Shown here piece by piece: positions 24,230 to 27,130 of a stretch of DNA of 27,130 nucleotides (within the stretch, counting starts at the first letter, position 1; the number at the start of each line of letters is the position of its first letter). A model generated the notes under the pieces. That model had not been told where the DNA came from and made no database searches. It saw only the letters and a program-made list of their open reading frames with translations. Source of the DNA: a virus; the IMG/VR virus record IMGVR_UViG_3300028024_000007, positions 65,650 through 92,779 of that record; one strand, given 5' to 3'. A program made the position numbers and the translations under genes.

Positions 24230-24439
24230 ATGGACGATTACGAACGTGTCATCACCGCACTCGGCCGGCTCATCAGGAAGGCGCGCCTGGCGCTGGACAA
24301 CGAGTGCACGACCCCGCGGGAAGGTCCCGACCAGTCGGACGGGTTCATCACGAACGAGCGCCAGCGCGTGAAGGCGCTCTGTGAGCTCCGCGATCGGTTC
24401 GAGGACGTCGGGACGTCGTCCTCGACGCCGAGGCCGTAG
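24230..24439 (+). CDS. Small hypothetical protein
   Basis: AGGAGGAG RBS. Confidence 0.7.
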   Translation: MDDYERVITALGRLIRKARLALDNECTTPREGPDQSDGFITNERQRVKALCELRDRFEDVGTSSSTPRP

Positions 24440-24441
24440 CC

Positions 24442-25545
24442 ATGGCGAAGAAGAAGGCCGAGGCGCTCGGGGGGCTCGCGGTGATCGCGGACTGCCACAT
24501 AGCGAACCACGCGCGATTCGGGGGGCCGGTGGTGAACGGGATCAACGCCCGGGGCGCCATCGCCCTGAAGGCGTTCGAGCACGCGCTGATCATGGCCGCG
24601 GAGCGCGGGTGCAGAGACCTGGTGGTGGCGGGCGATCTGTTCCACAGCCGGCGCCCGGAGCCCGCGATCATCGCCGGCGTCCAGCAGGCGATCCACCGCG
24701 CGTCACCGGGGATCCGGGTGACGGTGATCCCGGGGAACCACGACATGCTGGACGCGGACGCGGCCGGGGGTAACACGGCCTGCGCGCCGCTCTGGCAGAA
24801 CGCGAGCCTGGTGAGCGAGCCGGGCTGGCGCGAGCCGGGCGACTGCGAGGCCCTGCTCGTCCCGTTCCAGTCCCGGGTCCCGATGGCGATGCACCTGTCC
24901 GAGGTGCTCGCCGTCAAGCCCACGGGCCTGCTCGGCCGCCCGCGGGTCCTGGTGACGCACGTCGGGGTCTACGACGACGCGGACGCGCCTCCCTGGCAGA
25001 GGCGCGCCAAGGACGCGATCGGCGCCCGGTTCCTCCTGGACCTGCTCGAGGCGGCCGGCATCGACACCGCGTTCGTCGGGAACTACCACGAGCACCGCAT
25101 CTGGCGCGGGGAGAGGTCCCGGGTCGTCCAGCTCGGCACGCTCTGCCCCGCGTCGTTCAGCGACGCCGGCCTGACCGATCGCGGCCTGATGGCAACCTAC
25201 CGCGACGGCGGGTTCTCGTTCGTCGAGGTCCCGGGACCGCGGTTCGTCAGTATCGGTTGCAAGGAGGATGAGAATGACTTCATCCGCGACGGTGAGTCGA
25301 AGAGGATCTTCGTCCGCGGGTTGGGTGCGTACGAGGTCGCGCATCCCGAGGAGTTCGGCGGGGTCGAGCCCGCGACCGGCGGGGATACTTCCTCTTTTTC
25401 GCCCCTCGCCGAGGGAGGCAAAACAGGAAGTATCGAGCCGCTGGCGGCGCTGGCGGAGTTCGTGGAGGGACAGCAGCTGCCGGACGGCATCGACCGCGGC
25501 GCCGTCCTGGACCTGGTCAGGGAATGCTGGACGAAGGGAGCCTGA
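24442..25545 (+). CDS. sbcD: SbcD/Mre11/gp47-like nuclease (metallophosphoesterase)
   Basis: ADCH, AGDLF, PGNHD, VTH, GNYH motifs; lies upstream of the SbcC-like ATPase. Confidence 0.9.
   Translation: MAKKKAEALGGLAVIADCHIANHARFGGPVVNGINARGAIALKAFEHALIMAAERGCRDLVVAGDLFHSRRPEPAIIAGVQQAIHRASPGIRVTVIPGNHDMLDADAAGGNTACAPLWQNASLVSEPGWREPGDCEALLVPFQSRVPMAMHLSEVLAVKPTGLLGRPRVLVTHVGVYDDADAPPWQRRAKDAIGARFLLDLLEAAGIDTAFVGNYHEHRIWRGERSRVVQLGTLCPASFSDAGLTDRGLMATYRDGGFSFVEVPGPRFVSIGCKEDENDFIRDGESKRIFVRGLGAYEVAHPEEFGGVEPATGGDTSSFSPLAEGGKTGSIEPLAALAEFVEGQQLPDGIDRGAVLDLVRECWTKGA
25384..25434. repeat. 51-bp imperfect inverted repeat inside the sbcD-like gene
   Basis: GATACTTCCT...AGGAAGTATC outer arms; inner TTTT/AAAA, GCC/GGC, CCTC/GAGG. 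Confidence 0.75.
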
Positions 25546-25550
25546 GGGAC

Positions 25551-25760
25551 ATGGCGAAGTCACCGAACATCGAAGTCTGCAGCTGCCTGGAGACGCTCCA
25601 CCTGCGCGAGGCGCTCCGGAAGATTCAGATCATCGCCTCGGAGCGAACGGCCGGAGACCTGGTCGACGACCTGGCGCAGATCAACAACCTGGCCGACCAG
25701 GCGCTAAGACTCGAGCCGCTGGTCGGTGACCCCTCGCTCGGCACGAAGGTCCCCCGGTGA
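25551..25760 (+). CDS. Small hypothetical protein
   Basis: GAGG RBS; GTGA overlap with the next gene. Confidence 0.65.
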   Translation: MAKSPNIEVCSCLETLHLREALRKIQIIASERTAGDLVDDLAQINNLADQALRLEPLVGDPSLGTKVPR

Positions 25761-27130
25761 GGGTGCAGCGGATCCTACTCCGGGACTTCTTCGGCTATCG
25801 CAAGGAGGAGGTCGAGTTCCCGGAGGCCGGCCTGGTGTGTGTTGTCGGGCCGAACGGGTCGGGCAAGAGCGCGCTCGGGGTGGAGGCGCTGGCCTGGGCG
25901 CTCTGGGGGAAGACCGTCCGCGACGCCGACCCGACCCCGGACGGGGACGTGGAGGTGGAGTTCCGTGGCGACGCCTCGGGGGTCGGCGAGGACACCCTGG
26001 TCCGGCGCGTTCGGTCCGGGCGCCGCCTGGTCGACCTGCGCATGCGTGAGACCGCGGAAGGCGGACCCGAAGACGGCGGCCTGGAAGGGTGCCGCGACAT
26101 CTCCGGCCAGACACCTGCGGAGACGCAGGCCAAGGTCGACCGCGAGTTCGGCGACTGGCGCCGGTTCGCGGCGACCCGGGTGTTCTCCCGGTCGCTCCTG
26201 TCCCGCTTCTCGAACGCCACGAACAAGGAGCGCCAGACCCTGCTGGAGTCGGTCCTGGGGCTCGAGCAGTTCACCCGGGCCGAGAAAGAGTGCCGCAGCG
26301 TCCTAGTGATGCGCCGGGCCAAGTCCGTGGTGGCGGACGGCGCCGTCCGGGAGGCGGCGAGCTCCCTGGAGCGCTCCCGCGCGGCCCTGGCGGGCGAGAG
26401 GGGCGGGCGGGACGTGGGGGTCATCTCCCAGGAGGTCGCCGTCCTGGCGCAGCGCCACGCGGCCCAGGTGACGGCGTCGCAGGCGCTCCGGGCCCGGGCG
26501 GAGCGGGTGGCGGCGGTCCTGCGGAAGATGGAGGCGGAGGACTCCGAGAAGCTGTCCAAGATCCGGATGCTCTCGGAGCAGGTGAAGGCGCTGCAGGGGA
26601 AGGTGAAGTCCGGGTCCGACCTGAAGGACTGCCCCGTATGCCTCCGCCCTGTCGGGGCGGACGAGCGGCACGAGATCGTCGTGCACTACTCGACGGAGCT
26701 CGCCCCGGTGAAGTTCACGAAGGAGCAACTGGAGGCCGAGCGCGCGGCGGCGGCCGGGGACCTCGCTGACATGAGGCAGGCCGAGGCGGACGTCCGCGCG
26801 AAGCTCCGCGAGCCGCTGGAGGACGTCGGGACGCCGCTGGTCAAGCTCCAGTCGGAGCTGGCGGCCGCGAAGGGCCAGGAGGAGACCAGGGCCCGGCTCC
26901 AGAAGATGGTCACGATCGACACCAAGCGCGTCCAGGACGCCGAGCTCGAGGCGGCCAAGTTCAAGCGCGACATGCAGGTGGCGGAGGCCGCCTGCGAGGC
27001 GCTGGGGCCGCGCGGGGCGCGCGTCCGGGTGTTCCGGGACGCCCTGGGCCAGTTGAACGCGGCGGCCGCGCGCGTGCTCTCCAAGCTCGGCATGGACATC
27101 ACCGTCCGGGTCACGGACAAGAAGGTCCAG
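25757..27130 (+). CDS. sbcC: SbcC/Rad50/gp46-like SMC ATPase (3'-truncated; absent from the ORF track)
   Basis: MRVQRILLRDFFGY...VVGPNGSGKS Walker A, coiled coils, zinc hook CPVC at 26630-26641; open to the window end. Confidence 0.9.
   Translation, partial: MRVQRILLRDFFGYRKEEVEFPEAGLVCVVGPNGSGKSALGVEALAWALWGKTVRDADPTPDGDVEVEFRGDASGVGEDTLVRRVRSGRRLVDLRMRETAEGGPEDGGLEGCRDISGQTPAETQAKVDREFGDWRRFAATRVFSRSLLSRFSNATNKERQTLLESVLGLEQFTRAEKECRSVLVMRRAKSVVADGAVREAASSLERSRAALAGERGGRDVGVISQEVAVLAQRHAAQVTASQALRARAERVAAVLRKMEAEDSEKLSKIRMLSEQVKALQGKVKSGSDLKDCPVCLRPVGADERHEIVVHYSTELAPVKFTKEQLEAERAAAAGDLADMRQAEADVRAKLREPLEDVGTPLVKLQSELAAAKGQEETRARLQKMVTIDTKRVQDAELEAAKFKRDMQVAEAACEALGPRGARVRVFRDALGQLNAAAARVLSKLGMDITVRVTDKKVQ

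Overview
A ~70% GC phage or prophage segment. All supported genes lie on the + strand, densely packed with ATGA/GTGA/TGATG overlaps. The window begins in the tail of a probable virion module (1-1538) and a RuvC-like resolvase. Next is an early-type region of small genes (2.7-8.5 kb) containing a DUF932-like gene broken by a frameshift in a C7 run, a sigma70-like factor and three copies of a conserved AT-rich promoter-like box. It is followed by a UvsW-like SF2 helicase with an HNH intein in its Walker A motif, two lipoproteins, a UDG-like protein and a C5 DNA methyltransferase split over two nested reading frames. The replication block has an initiator with iteron-like repeats, a DnaC-like loader, a PAPS-reductase-like protein and DnaB. 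The window ends in a T4-like recombination block (UvsY-like, gp32-like SSB, RecA/UvsX, SbcD/gp47, SbcC/gp46, the last truncated). The most unusual signal is non-coding: six genes share the exact extended RBS AACCCAGGAG, and a structured intergenic element upstream of the SSB gene carries its reverse complement (CCTCCTGGGTTC). A second long hairpin downstream of the SSB gene exposes an anti-SD-like loop. Together these suggest a phage-encoded anti-RBS RNA regulatory system (inference). All family calls are by motif recognition only; no searches were run.
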